A stretch of DNA of 64,000 bases. Origin: Chloroflexota bacterium. Lineage in GTDB: Bacteria > Chloroflexota > Anaerolineae > UBA1429. Below the pieces are notes generated by a model. The model was given only the letters and a program-made list of their open reading frames with translations, had not been told where the DNA came from and did no database searches. This document shows, in pieces, positions 20,171 through 28,954 of the stretch. The stretch lies in NCBI GenBank assembly GCA_012729455.1, contig JAAYDC010000012.1, positions 10,965 through 74,964 on the forward strand. The letters run 5' to 3'. The position numbers were made by a program, and so were the translations under genes. Within the stretch, counting starts at the first letter, position 1; each line of letters begins with the position of its first letter.

Positions 20171-21775
20171 TCACCTCCTGATGCCGATCAACTCGGCGCG
20201 CAGCTGGTTGATCCAGGCCGCGTTTTTCGGAAAGTCGTTATAGTCGCGTAGAGCTGCCAGGCGAGGATCGCCGCGCTGCACGCCCGCGCTCTGCAGTAGA
20301 GCGTAATCCTGCAGCGACTCGGCAAACACCTCCCAGCGGATCGAATCGAGCGGGCCATCCGGTCCCGGGTAGACCACAAAAGTGTCGCCATAGGCCAGGC
20401 CGGGCCAGGCAGCACCCGCCTGCTCGGTAAACGGATCAATCAGCGTGCGCGTCTGCGACTTGAACCAGTAGTTGTAACCCCAGTGCAAAAAGCCCTCGGC
20501 GCCCAGGGCGTAAAACAGCCAGCCGTTCATGCGGATCTTGGGCAGCGGTGTATCCATAAAGCGGTTGAGGTAGCGCCCGCGCGGCCCGCAGCAGTAATAG
20601 GTCCAGGCCGGTATGCCCTCTTTGGAATACTCGTTGGCGGTGTTGATACTCGGGATGGGGATATCCGTCAGGCCCTCGCGGCCGTAGCGGATATCTGAGA
20701 GCGCGTCAGCCACACGCATCCAGGGGGCCAGCTCCCTGAGCATGGCGCGCGCCTTGCGATAGTTAGCTAAGTGCTCTTCGCCGTGCGGCTCGTCGGAAAG
20801 GTGAAAGAGCGAGTCCTCTAACAAGTCCTCGGATTGCAGAAAATCGTAAAAGGCGGGAAGGAACTGGCTCAGGAAGGTGCGGTAGGTCTCCGAGGTGGCT
20901 TCGGTCTCGGGCGGCCAAAAGAGCGACTGGTCATCGGCATTGCTGCGGTAGATGCGCAGCGCGTTCTTGGCACCCCACTGGGTAAAGAGATGTGTCCACT
21001 CGAAAAAGGTAGCGCCCGAACGCTGCGCCAGCCGCACCCAGCGCCGCACGGCGTTGAAATCAAAGGCGTATTTGCCGTTGCGCGTCATCATGACGCCCAG
21101 CAGCTGAGTCGGCCGTTTTACACCATCCGTCGGCGGGGTAAAGATCGGCACGTATTGGCTGTTGGAGTGGTGTTCGACCAGGTCGCGCATGTAGGGCTGC
21201 ACCACTTTCCAAAAGCGCTCGTCAAAGGGCTCGACGCCGTACCAGTCGCACAGGGCGTCCGCATAGAACCAGTGGGTTACCGGGAAGCCGCGCCGCGGCT
21301 GCAGCACCAGCTCGCCTACCAGCACGTTGAGCTGCAATGGGATCGCCTCGTCGCCCGCAAGCACCTGGATAGGCACTTCCAGCGTGCCGGGGGCGTTATC
21401 CTGTGCGACAGTTAGGTTGACCCAAAAGGCGCCCGTCTCAAAGGGGCCGATCATTGTCTCAGAGGAAGGCCACAGCGGATCGGGCACATAGCCGGGGATA
21501 AAGCCGCACCCATCGAGCTCGTCTTCCTCCGTCTGGGTGTTAAAGTGTCGCATCGGCACAAAGCCGACACGCCGTACGCGCGCGCTCACTCCAGCGGGTG
21601 GCTCCAGCGCCAGCCCGACGGTGGCCTCCTGGGTGTGCAGGTTGGCGACCGCCACCTGAAACGAAATGGTTTCGCCGCGTGCGGCAACCACCTCCAGGCG
21701 CTGTTGGGTACGCGCTCTCGTGGTTGGGAAGACACGTTCCAGGCTGCTGACCAGCCAACAAGCGATCGACGCCAC
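20171..21775 (-). CDS. DUF4091-domain protein (GH123-like putative glycoside hydrolase)
   Basis: 534 aa with a conserved C-terminal DUF4091-like region (WTYYCCGP..., FLHWGYNYW). That region is associated with GH123 beta-N-acetylgalactosaminidases. Confidence 0.6.
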   Translation of the reverse strand: MASIACWLVSSLERVFPTTRARTQQRLEVVAARGETISFQVAVANLHTQEATVGLALEPPAGVSARVRRVGFVPMRHFNTQTEEDELDGCGFIPGYVPDPLWPSSETMIGPFETGAFWVNLTVAQDNAPGTLEVPIQVLAGDEAIPLQLNVLVGELVLQPRRGFPVTHWFYADALCDWYGVEPFDERFWKVVQPYMRDLVEHHSNSQYVPIFTPPTDGVKRPTQLLGVMMTRNGKYAFDFNAVRRWVRLAQRSGATFFEWTHLFTQWGAKNALRIYRSNADDQSLFWPPETEATSETYRTFLSQFLPAFYDFLQSEDLLEDSLFHLSDEPHGEEHLANYRKARAMLRELAPWMRVADALSDIRYGREGLTDIPIPSINTANEYSKEGIPAWTYYCCGPRGRYLNRFMDTPLPKIRMNGWLFYALGAEGFLHWGYNYWFKSQTRTLIDPFTEQAGAAWPGLAYGDTFVVYPGPDGPLDSIRWEVFAESLQDYALLQSAGVQRGDPRLAALRDYNDFPKNAAWINQLRAELIGIRR

Positions 21776-21988
21776 TTTTGCCTCCTAGAATATCTCTTGA
21801 GGCGATGTTACCACGCGCCCGCCGGGCTCGCAAGGCATCCCAGGTATACACTCAAAACAGCCGCAAGACTGCCGTTTATTGACGAGGTAACATTATCCGG
21901 GAGGATGTACCCGCACGCCCTTGTGCGGGAGCTTTGACGCTTGCAGAGCTTTAGCTTATAGTCAAGCAGATAGTATGAGGAGAAGTTT

Positions 21989-22573
21989 GTGAGCAAGGTC
22001 GAGATCATGCGAGAGTTCGCCCAGCGCCTGCTGGCTGGCCGCCCAGCTTGCCTGCTGACGACGCGCTACCGCGGGCAGGTTAACGTCATGTCGGTTGGCT
22101 GGACCTCACCCATCTCTGGTGAGCCGCCGTTGCTCGCCATAGCACTGCATCAGGGCTGTTACAGTCACGACCTCCTTAAAAAGAGCGAAGAGTGCGTGCT
22201 CAACATACCCTCCCGCTCACTGGCCGAACAGGTGATGGTGTGCGGCATGCGCTCTGGGGCAGAGGGCGACAAATTCAAGCTAGCCGGCTTGACGGCCGAT
22301 AATGCCCGCCGCGTGAGCGCTCCGTGGGTGGCAGGCTGCCTGGCGCATATCGAGTGCGCGGTGGTCGAGAGCATCGCCCCCGGTGATCACACCCTTTTTG
22401 TCGTCGAGGTGGTTGGCGCCTGGGCCGAAGAAGAAGCCTTCCGAGAGAACCAGTGGGTGTGCCCGGCCGATAACCCCGAGCTGCAGCCGCTGCTGCACCT
22501 GGGCGGAACAAGTTTTGCACTTCTCAACAATGTGCTGAATATCGAGCCCCCCGCTCAGGCAGGGCAAGCATGA
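21989..22573 (+). CDS. flavin reductase-like FMN-binding domain protein
   Basis: 194 aa of the split-barrel flavin reductase family (LLTTRYRGQVNVMSVGWTSPIS...). It has a GTG start with a GAGGAG RBS. Its stop overlaps the tsaE start as ATGA. Confidence 0.8.
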   Translation: MSKVEIMREFAQRLLAGRPACLLTTRYRGQVNVMSVGWTSPISGEPPLLAIALHQGCYSHDLLKKSEECVLNIPSRSLAEQVMVCGMRSGAEGDKFKLAGLTADNARRVSAPWVAGCLAHIECAVVESIAPGDHTLFVVEVVGAWAEEEAFRENQWVCPADNPELQPLLHLGGTSFALLNNVLNIEPPAQAGQA

Positions 22574-23097
22574 GCCACCCATCGGCAGCGGAGCTTGCGC
22601 TCACGAGCAACTGCGTGGCTGAAACCCAGGCGATCGGCGCGGCACTGGGTGAGCTGCTGGTGGCTGGCGATGTGATCTGCCTGCGCGGCGACCTGGGATC
22701 GGGCAAGACATGCCTCACCCAGGGGATCGGGCGCGGCCTGCGAATTAATGAGACGATCAACAGCCCCACCTTTGTGCTAATCCGCGAGCATCAACCCTCG
22801 AGCGGCATGCTCTACCTCTACCACGCCGACCTGTACCGCATCGACAATCCGCTCGAGGTGGTTGGATTAGGGCTGAATGAATACTTTTATGGCGACGGGG
22901 TGACGGTGATCGAGTGGGCCGAACGCGCTGGCAAGTACCTGCCGTACGAATGCCTGTGGATTGAGCTCACTAAAACCGGCGATGCAGCGCGCAGCCTCGC
23001 CTTTCGTGCGGTGGGCGAGCGCTATGAGCAGGTTCTGGGCCAGCTACAGGCGGGTCTGCAGCACTGCGCCGCGCCTTCTGTGGCGGGGGAGGCGTGA
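22570..23097 (+). CDS. tsaE: tRNA threonylcarbamoyladenosine (t6A) biosynthesis ATPase TsaE
   Basis: It has a GDLGSGKT Walker A motif and the YjeE/TsaE family signature (SPTFVLIREH). Confidence 0.85.
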   Translation: MSHPSAAELALTSNCVAETQAIGAALGELLVAGDVICLRGDLGSGKTCLTQGIGRGLRINETINSPTFVLIREHQPSSGMLYLYHADLYRIDNPLEVVGLGLNEYFYGDGVTVIEWAERAGKYLPYECLWIELTKTGDAARSLAFRAVGERYEQVLGQLQAGLQHCAAPSVAGEA

Positions 23098-23777
23098 TGC
23101 TGCTGGCGATCGACACCGCCACGCGCTGGGCCAGCCTGGCGCTGTATGATGAAGCCGGCATCGCGGCGGAATACAGCTGGCGCTGCAGTGCTCAGCACAC
23201 CCGCCAAGTGCTGCCAGCCATCGACCATATGCTGCGTGCCACGCAGACAAGCGTCAGCGACATCAGTGCATTGGCGGTAGCGCAGGGGCCGGGATCGTTT
23301 ACAGGATTACGTATCGGCTTGAGCATCGCCAAGGGGTTGAGTCTGGCCCGCGACCTGCCGATCGTGGCTATCCCAACGTTAGATATAACCGCCTATGCCG
23401 CCGGCGATCCGGGCTGCCCGCTGATCGCGGTGCTCGAGATGAGGCGCGGGCGCATCGTGACGGCCCAGTATCGCTTCGAGGAAGGCGAGCCAGTCGTTGA
23501 GGGTGAGGTGGTCATCCGCCAGGCTGGCACCTGGCAGCCCCCCACCGACGAACCGATTTTGGTGACGGGCGAGATCAGCAGTGAGCTGGCTCGCCGCCTT
23601 TTGCAGCTGCCCGGCGGCGAGCAGATTGCGGTGGCATCGCAGGCCACCACCGTGCGGCGGGCTGGTTTTTTGGCCGAGTTGGCCTGGCTCAGGCTTGAAC
23701 GCGGCGAGCCCCCCGCAGCCGACGAGTTGGCGCCGATTTACCTCCAGCAACCAGCAGCCGGTGCGCCAGAGGGCTGA
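23094..23777 (+). CDS. tsaB: tRNA t6A biosynthesis protein TsaB (YeaZ)
   Basis: It reads MMLLAIDTATRWASLALYDE...GPGSFTGLRIGLSIAKGL, the inactive Kae1-homologue family. Its start overlaps the tsaE stop (TGATG). Confidence 0.85.
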   Translation: MMLLAIDTATRWASLALYDEAGIAAEYSWRCSAQHTRQVLPAIDHMLRATQTSVSDISALAVAQGPGSFTGLRIGLSIAKGLSLARDLPIVAIPTLDITAYAAGDPGCPLIAVLEMRRGRIVTAQYRFEEGEPVVEGEVVIRQAGTWQPPTDEPILVTGEISSELARRLLQLPGGEQIAVASQATTVRRAGFLAELAWLRLERGEPPAADELAPIYLQQPAAGAPEG

Positions 23778-24422
23778 ATGATCGACCTCTCCGGCACATC
23801 CTACACCCTCAGCCCGATGACGCTCGACGATGTGCAGACCGTTCACACCATCGAAGAAGAGATCTACACCGCGCCGTGGTCGCTGGGGGCTTTTGTGCAG
23901 GAAGTACGCGATAACCGCAGCGCCCACTACCTGGTGCTGCGCTACAAACCCTACGAATACGAGCCTTTTGCGCGGCGTATGCTGCCGCGCGGGTTACGCC
24001 ACCACCTGAACTCGCCTCACAACGACCCGGCAATCCTTGGCTATGGCGGATTCTGGCTATATGTGGATGAGGCCCACATCTGCACCCTGGCACTGCGCGA
24101 GAGCTGGCGCGGGCGCGGTTTGGGAGAATTGCTGCTCAACAGCCTGCTGGACGCCGCTCTCAAACAGGGCGCAGCATTCGCTACCCTCGAGGTGCGCGTC
24201 TCCAACTTGCGCGCGCAAGGCTTGTATGGCAAGTACGGCTTTCGCACGGTCGGCCGGCGTGTGGGCTACTATACCGATAACCACGAGGATGCCTACATCA
24301 TGTCGACAGAATCACTGCAGGATAGTGCCTATCAGGCGCTGCTCGCAGCGCATTCGCAAGCCCTGCAGGAGCGCCTGGACGCGGATGAGGCTGCTAGATC
24401 CGGTAGTCGGATAGGATCTTGA
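23778..24422 (+). CDS. rimI: ribosomal-protein-alanine N-acetyltransferase (GNAT)
   Basis: It has GNAT motif A (RGRGLGELLL...) and lies immediately after tsaE-tsaB, the canonical arrangement. Confidence 0.8.
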   Translation: MIDLSGTSYTLSPMTLDDVQTVHTIEEEIYTAPWSLGAFVQEVRDNRSAHYLVLRYKPYEYEPFARRMLPRGLRHHLNSPHNDPAILGYGGFWLYVDEAHICTLALRESWRGRGLGELLLNSLLDAALKQGAAFATLEVRVSNLRAQGLYGKYGFRTVGRRVGYYTDNHEDAYIMSTESLQDSAYQALLAAHSQALQERLDADEAARSGSRIGS

Positions 24423-24651
24423 TCCCGCTGGGAGATTCGGCAGGCGGCGGAACGAGGGTATTGTGCAGCCGGCACATCTGCAGCACCATCATTACAAAAA
24501 AGACGGCGATCGCCACCCAGATCAGCAGCTGGTTCTTGGCGCGCGGATCGCGCTTTTTGGGGGGCTCGACCGGCTTGGGCAGTTCTTTGTTGCAGCGCCA
24601 GCAGATCTCGCGGTCTTCGGGATTATAGACGCCGCATTGCGGACAGTTCAT
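24394..24651 (-). CDS. small zinc-ribbon membrane protein (hypothetical)
   Basis: 85 aa reading MNCPQCGVYNPEDREICWRCNKE..., with paired CxxC motifs, a basic linker, then one hydrophobic transmembrane helix. It overlaps the rimI 3' end convergently by 29 nt. Confidence 0.45.
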   Translation of the reverse strand: MNCPQCGVYNPEDREICWRCNKELPKPVEPPKKRDPRAKNQLLIWVAIAVFFVMMVLQMCRLHNTLVPPPAESPSGIKILSDYRI

Positions 24652-24721
24652 AGATCCTCTCCCTCATCGCTGAACCCTCAGCTGGATAGCATGGTTGTGC
24701 CAGCCACTGGTATCGATAGAG

Positions 24722-24794
24722 CGCCCCAGACAGGAATCGAACCTGTGGCCGACTGCTTAGAAGGCAGATGCTCTATCCGCTGAGCTACTGGGGC
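24722..24794 (-). tRNA. tRNA-Arg (anticodon TCT)
   Basis: A 73-nt cloverleaf. It has a 7-bp acceptor stem GCCCCAG/CTGGGGC, a D-arm GCTCAGCGGATAGAGC, an anticodon loop CUUCUAA (UCU), and a T-arm CAGGTTCGATTCCTG. CCA is not encoded. Confidence 0.9.
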
Positions 24795-24803
24795 ACGTAA
24801 GCC

Positions 24804-24831
24804 ATTATAAAAGCAGGTTGTGAGCTGTCAA
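24804..24831 (-). promoter_or_regulatory. sigma70 consensus promoter for tRNA-Arg (TTGACA-16-TATAAT)
   Basis: Perfect -35 and -10 hexamers on the minus strand, with the -10 ending 9 nt before the mature tRNA 5' end. Confidence 0.45.
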
Positions 24832-24834
24832 TCT

Positions 24835-24863
24835 TTGACGAAGCGGGGCAGGTACCCTAGAAT
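24835..24863 (+). promoter_or_regulatory. candidate promoter for the GNAT gene (TTGACG-17-TAGAAT)
   Basis: It is divergent from the tRNA-Arg promoter and lies about 35 nt upstream of the ATG at 24898. Confidence 0.3.
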
Positions 24864-24897
24864 TACCCATTGTCTATAAGCGGCCAGAGGAACCAAC

Positions 24898-26124
24898 ATG
24901 CAACTGCGTGCCTATTCGCAGGAGCGCGACCTCGCTCATATTGAACGTATCTGGCGGGAAATCGGCTGGATGAACCCCAACAACAAGCCGATGGTCGCGA
25001 CAACTATGGGTGCCGGGCGCACCTGGGTGGCAGAAGTGGATGGTGCCGCCGAGGCGCAGGCTTCCACCGCACCGGGCACGCTCAACTACCTGGGCAACGA
25101 AATCCCGCTGGCAGCTGTGACGGCGGTAGCCACCAGCCATGTGGGCCGTAAAAAGGGCTTGGCAACCAGGGTGCTGGCCGAGGCGCTCCAGGAAGTGCGC
25201 TCGGGCGGCGCCATGCTGGCCGGCCTGGGGATGTTTGACCAGGGCTTTTACAACCGTCTGGGCTTTGGCACCGGCTCGTATGAGCACTCGGTAGCCTTTG
25301 ATCCGGCCACACTGACGATCAAAACGCGGGCGCGCACCCCGCAGCGTCTCGGCGCGGACGATGTGCCGCAGATGCATGCCGCCCGGCTGGCGCGTTTGCG
25401 CACGCATGGCGCTAACACCCTGTTGCCCGTGGCGGCCACTCTGGCAGAGGTGCAGGACCATCCCGAGAACAGCGGCCTCGGTTACTGCGATAACCCCGAT
25501 GGCAGCCTTTCGCACTTTATCTGGTTCGGCGCCAGTAACCTCGAGCACGGACCCTACCGCATCCGCCTGATTGCCTATCAGACGTACGATCAGTTCCTCG
25601 AGCTGCTGGCCTTGCTGCGCGATATTTCCGATCAGGTCAACGCCGTAGAGTTGCGCGAACCGGCCGGCATCCAACTGCAGGATCTCATCCAGCAGCCTTT
25701 AAAGCACATACGTGTGCAGGGTAAGGGGTACGAAGCTTTTAACCATGCAGCCGCCTTTTGGCAGACTCGCATCCTGGACCTGCCGGGCTGCCTGGCACAT
25801 ACCCATCTGAACGCTGAGACACTGCGCTTTAACCTGCGCCTGAGCGACCCGTTTGCCGTGCTGGCGGCCGATAGCACCAGATGGCACGGCGAAGGCGGTG
25901 ACTATACCATCACCCTGGGGCGTGAATGCGGCGCTGAGCGCGGCTTTAGTGCGGGGCTGGAGCAATTGGATGCATCGGTGAATGCTTTCTCCCGGCTATG
26001 GCTGGGGGTGCGTCCCGCTAGCGGCCTGGCGGTAACCGACGATCTCTCCGCAAGCGATGCGCTCTTGCAGGCGCTCGACCGCACGCTTCGGCTGCCTGTT
26101 CCATTAGTCGACTGGACTTATTAG
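24898..26124 (+). CDS. GNAT-family N-acetyltransferase with C-terminal SCP2-like domain (Eis-like architecture)
   Basis: 408 aa. The N-terminal GNAT motif A is HVGRKKGLATRVL. The overall length and organisation follow the Eis-type pattern of GNAT, a second GNAT-like region, and a C-terminal sterol-carrier-like region. Confidence 0.55.
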   Translation: MQLRAYSQERDLAHIERIWREIGWMNPNNKPMVATTMGAGRTWVAEVDGAAEAQASTAPGTLNYLGNEIPLAAVTAVATSHVGRKKGLATRVLAEALQEVRSGGAMLAGLGMFDQGFYNRLGFGTGSYEHSVAFDPATLTIKTRARTPQRLGADDVPQMHAARLARLRTHGANTLLPVAATLAEVQDHPENSGLGYCDNPDGSLSHFIWFGASNLEHGPYRIRLIAYQTYDQFLELLALLRDISDQVNAVELREPAGIQLQDLIQQPLKHIRVQGKGYEAFNHAAAFWQTRILDLPGCLAHTHLNAETLRFNLRLSDPFAVLAADSTRWHGEGGDYTITLGRECGAERGFSAGLEQLDASVNAFSRLWLGVRPASGLAVTDDLSASDALLQALDRTLRLPVPLVDWTY

Positions 26125-26155
26125 CGATTCACACGAGTGAGTAACGAGGTGCGAG

Positions 26156-27196
26156 ATGACTAGGTTAATCGATATCGTCAAAGGTTGTGGACGCCCGATG
26201 GTAATCCCGCTGATGGGGTTCCCAGGCATTCAGCTCAACGGCTCCTCTCTCAAACAAAACACCTTTAACTGGGGCACCCAGTTCTCAACCATCTTTGCCC
26301 TGCAGCGGCGCTTTCACCCCGACGGCATCTTTTTCTTTATGGATCTTTCCGTCGAAGCCAGCGCCCTGGGGCTGCCGGTGCGCTTTCCGCTCGACGAATC
26401 GCCCTCTGTCGAGCAGCACCTGGTGAGCACGGCCAGCGACCTGAGCAAGTTCACCAACGATATCCTCTCGGATGGGCGCGTGGCGGTCTTTGTTGAGACC
26501 ATGCGGTTGATGTCGCGCTATGTGGATACCCTCAAGGGTGGCTATGTGATCGGCCCCTTCTCGCTGGCCGGTCTGCTGATGGGTGCTAGTGACGCGGCGC
26601 TCGCCAGTGTTGAGGATGAAGTCCTTCTACACGCCGTGCTGCGCTTTTGCTCAGGTGTGATCTCGCGTTATGCGCGTGCTCTGCAGCGCGCCGGCGCCGA
26701 TATGATCGCTATTCTGGAGCCCTCGGCCTGCTTGCTTTCACCCAGGCTCTTTCGCGCCTTTCCGCAGCGCTACCTGCAAGAGATCATCGAGACTCTGGAT
26801 TGCGTCAGCATCCTGCACGTGTGCGGGCAAACCACCAACCTGATCGAGCCGATGCTTGAGACTGGCGCACAAGCTCTTTCGTTGGATTCGATGGTCAACC
26901 TTCCAGAGATCGTCAAGCGTATGCCGGAGGACGTCGTCCTGATGGGGAACCTGGATAGTGTGCGGGTGATGTGCCAGCAATCGCCCAACCAGGTGTATGC
27001 CAGCGCCCAGGAACTGATCACTGCCATGCAGGGACACCCTAACTTTATCCTGAGCTCGGCTTGCGACCTGCCGGCTGAGACGCCGCTCGAGAACATTCAC
27101 GCCATGATCGATGCCGCGCACGGGCATGCGCCCGGGCATACCATGCCCGCTGACCTGGAGCACGACGAGATAGCCACGATGCTGGAAGCTGATTAA
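26156..27196 (+). CDS. uroporphyrinogen-decarboxylase (URO-D) family protein, MtaA/CmuA-like methyltransferase type
   Basis: 346 aa. It contains ILEPSACLLSP...ILHVCGQTT...LDS...GNLD, the URO-D TIM-barrel signature of corrinoid:acceptor methyltransferases. Confidence 0.7.
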   Translation: MTRLIDIVKGCGRPMVIPLMGFPGIQLNGSSLKQNTFNWGTQFSTIFALQRRFHPDGIFFFMDLSVEASALGLPVRFPLDESPSVEQHLVSTASDLSKFTNDILSDGRVAVFVETMRLMSRYVDTLKGGYVIGPFSLAGLLMGASDAALASVEDEVLLHAVLRFCSGVISRYARALQRAGADMIAILEPSACLLSPRLFRAFPQRYLQEIIETLDCVSILHVCGQTTNLIEPMLETGAQALSLDSMVNLPEIVKRMPEDVVLMGNLDSVRVMCQQSPNQVYASAQELITAMQGHPNFILSSACDLPAETPLENIHAMIDAAHGHAPGHTMPADLEHDEIATMLEAD

Positions 27197-27197
27197 T

Positions 27198-27569
27198 GTG
27201 AAAGCCTCGCGCAAGCGGACCGGTGACGACGGCGAGGAGCATGCCTGTGCCGAGCTCGAGCGCCGCGGTTACCACATCGTAGAACGGCAGTGGCGCTGCC
27301 CGCGCGGTGAGATCGATATCGTGGCTCAAGATGGCGACGTTTGGGCCTTTGTCGAGGTCAAAACCCGCCATGGACATGCCGCCGGTCTGCCCGAGGAAGC
27401 CCTCAGCCGCCGCAAATGGTTGCGCATTGCCGAGATTGCCGAGTTTTACCTGGCTGAGCATGAATTGGGCATGGTAGACTGGCGCATTGACCTGGTGGCG
27501 ATCGAGCTGGGCTATGGCACTGATCTGCCGCGTATCAACCTGCTGCAGGGCACCGAAGAGCCGCGATGA
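27198..27569 (+). CDS. yraN: YraN-family (UPF0102) endonuclease
   Basis: 123 aa with a GTG start. It has GEIDIVA and the VEVKTR PD-(D/E)xK core. Confidence 0.75.
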   Translation: MKASRKRTGDDGEEHACAELERRGYHIVERQWRCPRGEIDIVAQDGDVWAFVEVKTRHGHAAGLPEEALSRRKWLRIAEIAEFYLAEHELGMVDWRIDLVAIELGYGTDLPRINLLQGTEEPR

Positions 27570-28486
27570 CCAAACTGCTGGTGATCGTCGGGCCCACTGC
27601 GGTCGGCAAAACCGCCCTGGCGGTGCGCCTGGCCCAGCAGCTGCGCTGCGAGGCGGTTTCGGCCGATTCACGCCAGATCTATCGCGGTATGGATATCGGC
27701 ACTGCCAAACCTACCCCCGCCGAACAAGCTGCACTGCGCCACCATCTGATCGACGTGGTGGCCCCCGATGAGGTGCTGCCTCTGCCCGGGTATCTCGCCC
27801 TGGCGCAGGCAGCCATCAAAGATATTAGCGCGCGCGGGGCACTGCCCATCCTGGTGGGCGGCACGGGCCAGTATGTGCGTGCCCTGCTGGAAGGCTGGAA
27901 CGTGCCAGAGGTGCCCCCCAATCCCGGGTTGCGATCCGAGTTGCTCGAGTACGCCGAACGTGAAGGTGCCGAGGCCCTGCACCAGCGCCTGAACACGCTA
28001 GACCCTGCTGCCGCCGCGCGCATCGACTACCGCAACGTACGGCGAGTAGTGCGCGCCCTCGAAGTGCATCTTACCCTGGGCCAGCCGATCTCGGCGCTGC
28101 AGACCAAACGCGGCAACGACTATGAGGTTCTGATGCTGGGACTGACGCTACCGCGCGAGACGCTGTATACGCGAGCAGATGCACGCATCGATGCCATGCT
28201 CGCGGCTGGGCTGGTGGCCGAGGTCGAGGCGCTCTTAGCGGCGGGATATTCGCACGAACTGCCGGCCATGTCGGGGCTGGGATACCGCCAGATCGCGGCC
28301 CATCTGCGCGGCGAGATGCCCATGGAGGAGGCGATCACCCGCTTTAAAAACGCTACCCATCGCTACATCCGCCAGCAATACAGCTGGTTCAGTTTGCAGG
28401 ATACAAAAATCGCGTGGCATACGGCAGGCGAGGGGGCTGTTGAGGAGATCGAGACACAGGTGCATAGCTGGGCCAGTCGCGCATAG
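27566..28486 (+). CDS. miaA: tRNA dimethylallyltransferase
   Basis: It reads LLVIVGPTAVGKTALAVRLAQ...DSRQIYRGMDIGTAKPT, the canonical MiaA P-loop and motifs. Confidence 0.9.
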   Translation: MTKLLVIVGPTAVGKTALAVRLAQQLRCEAVSADSRQIYRGMDIGTAKPTPAEQAALRHHLIDVVAPDEVLPLPGYLALAQAAIKDISARGALPILVGGTGQYVRALLEGWNVPEVPPNPGLRSELLEYAEREGAEALHQRLNTLDPAAAARIDYRNVRRVVRALEVHLTLGQPISALQTKRGNDYEVLMLGLTLPRETLYTRADARIDAMLAAGLVAEVEALLAAGYSHELPAMSGLGYRQIAAHLRGEMPMEEAITRFKNATHRYIRQQYSWFSLQDTKIAWHTAGEGAVEEIETQVHSWASRA

Positions 28487-28527
28487 CCATGCTCATGCGC
28501 AGGCATGGCGTGAGAAGAGAGAACGTG

Positions 28528-28830
28528 CTAGAGGGTCAGGATCGAGTTCACGCCTCCAAACGGGTTGACCGCCGAGCCATCGGCTTGCGGGTCGTTTTGC
28601 CACTGGTTGCCGTTCACCAGGTAGCGAAACTGGTACGTTGCTCCCGTATCCAGTTCCAGCGTCACCTGCCAGCTGGTATCGTCGCGGCTGCGCTGAAAGG
28701 GATGCGATAGCGTATTCCAGTTGTTGAAATCGCCCACCAGGGTGATCGTCTCCGCCCATATAGTGGCGGGCAGCGTAAAGGTAACCAGGACGCGGCCATT
28801 TGCAAGTTGCTTTTTAATGATCACGCTCAC
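28528..28830 (-). CDS. standalone CBM48-type / isoamylase N-terminal ('early set') carbohydrate-binding domain protein
   Basis: 100 aa reading VTFTLPA...ITLVGDFNNWN...YQFRYLVNGNQW.NDP, the glycogen-binding beta-sandwich signature. Confidence 0.55.
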   Translation of the reverse strand: MSVIIKKQLANGRVLVTFTLPATIWAETITLVGDFNNWNTLSHPFQRSRDDTSWQVTLELDTGATYQFRYLVNGNQWQNDPQADGSAVNPFGGVNSILTL

Positions 28831-28904
28831 CTCGCTGCAGTCAGTGTGAGTGTTTATATCATATCAAAAAACATAAAACCTTCAACATGCAACATGTCCG
28901 ATGG

Positions 28905-28933
28905 TTGGCAAGTCGGCTTATGTGCGTTAAGAT
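28905..28933 (+). promoter_or_regulatory. candidate promoter for the sugar cluster (TTGGCA-17-TAAGAT)
   Basis: It lies in an AT-rich divergent intergenic region that also contains a direct repeat AACATG-CA-ACATG, a possible operator. Both hexamers sit about 22 nt upstream of the ATG at 28955. Confidence 0.25.
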
Positions 28934-28954
28934 GTTCCTAAAAGGACAAGGCCG

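Noticed and set aside
24874-25674. 266-aa minus-strand ORF
   Set aside because: It lies wholly antisense to the GNAT gene, which has clear acetyltransferase motifs. Its composition is Arg/Gly/His-rich, typical of spurious antisense ORFs in high-GC DNA. No domain signature was found.
28486-28509. GC-rich 7-bp hairpin (GCCATGC...GCATGGC) between convergent miaA and the CBM48 gene
   Set aside because: There is no U-tract on either strand and the loop is 10 nt. It could be a weak bidirectional terminator, but the evidence is insufficient.
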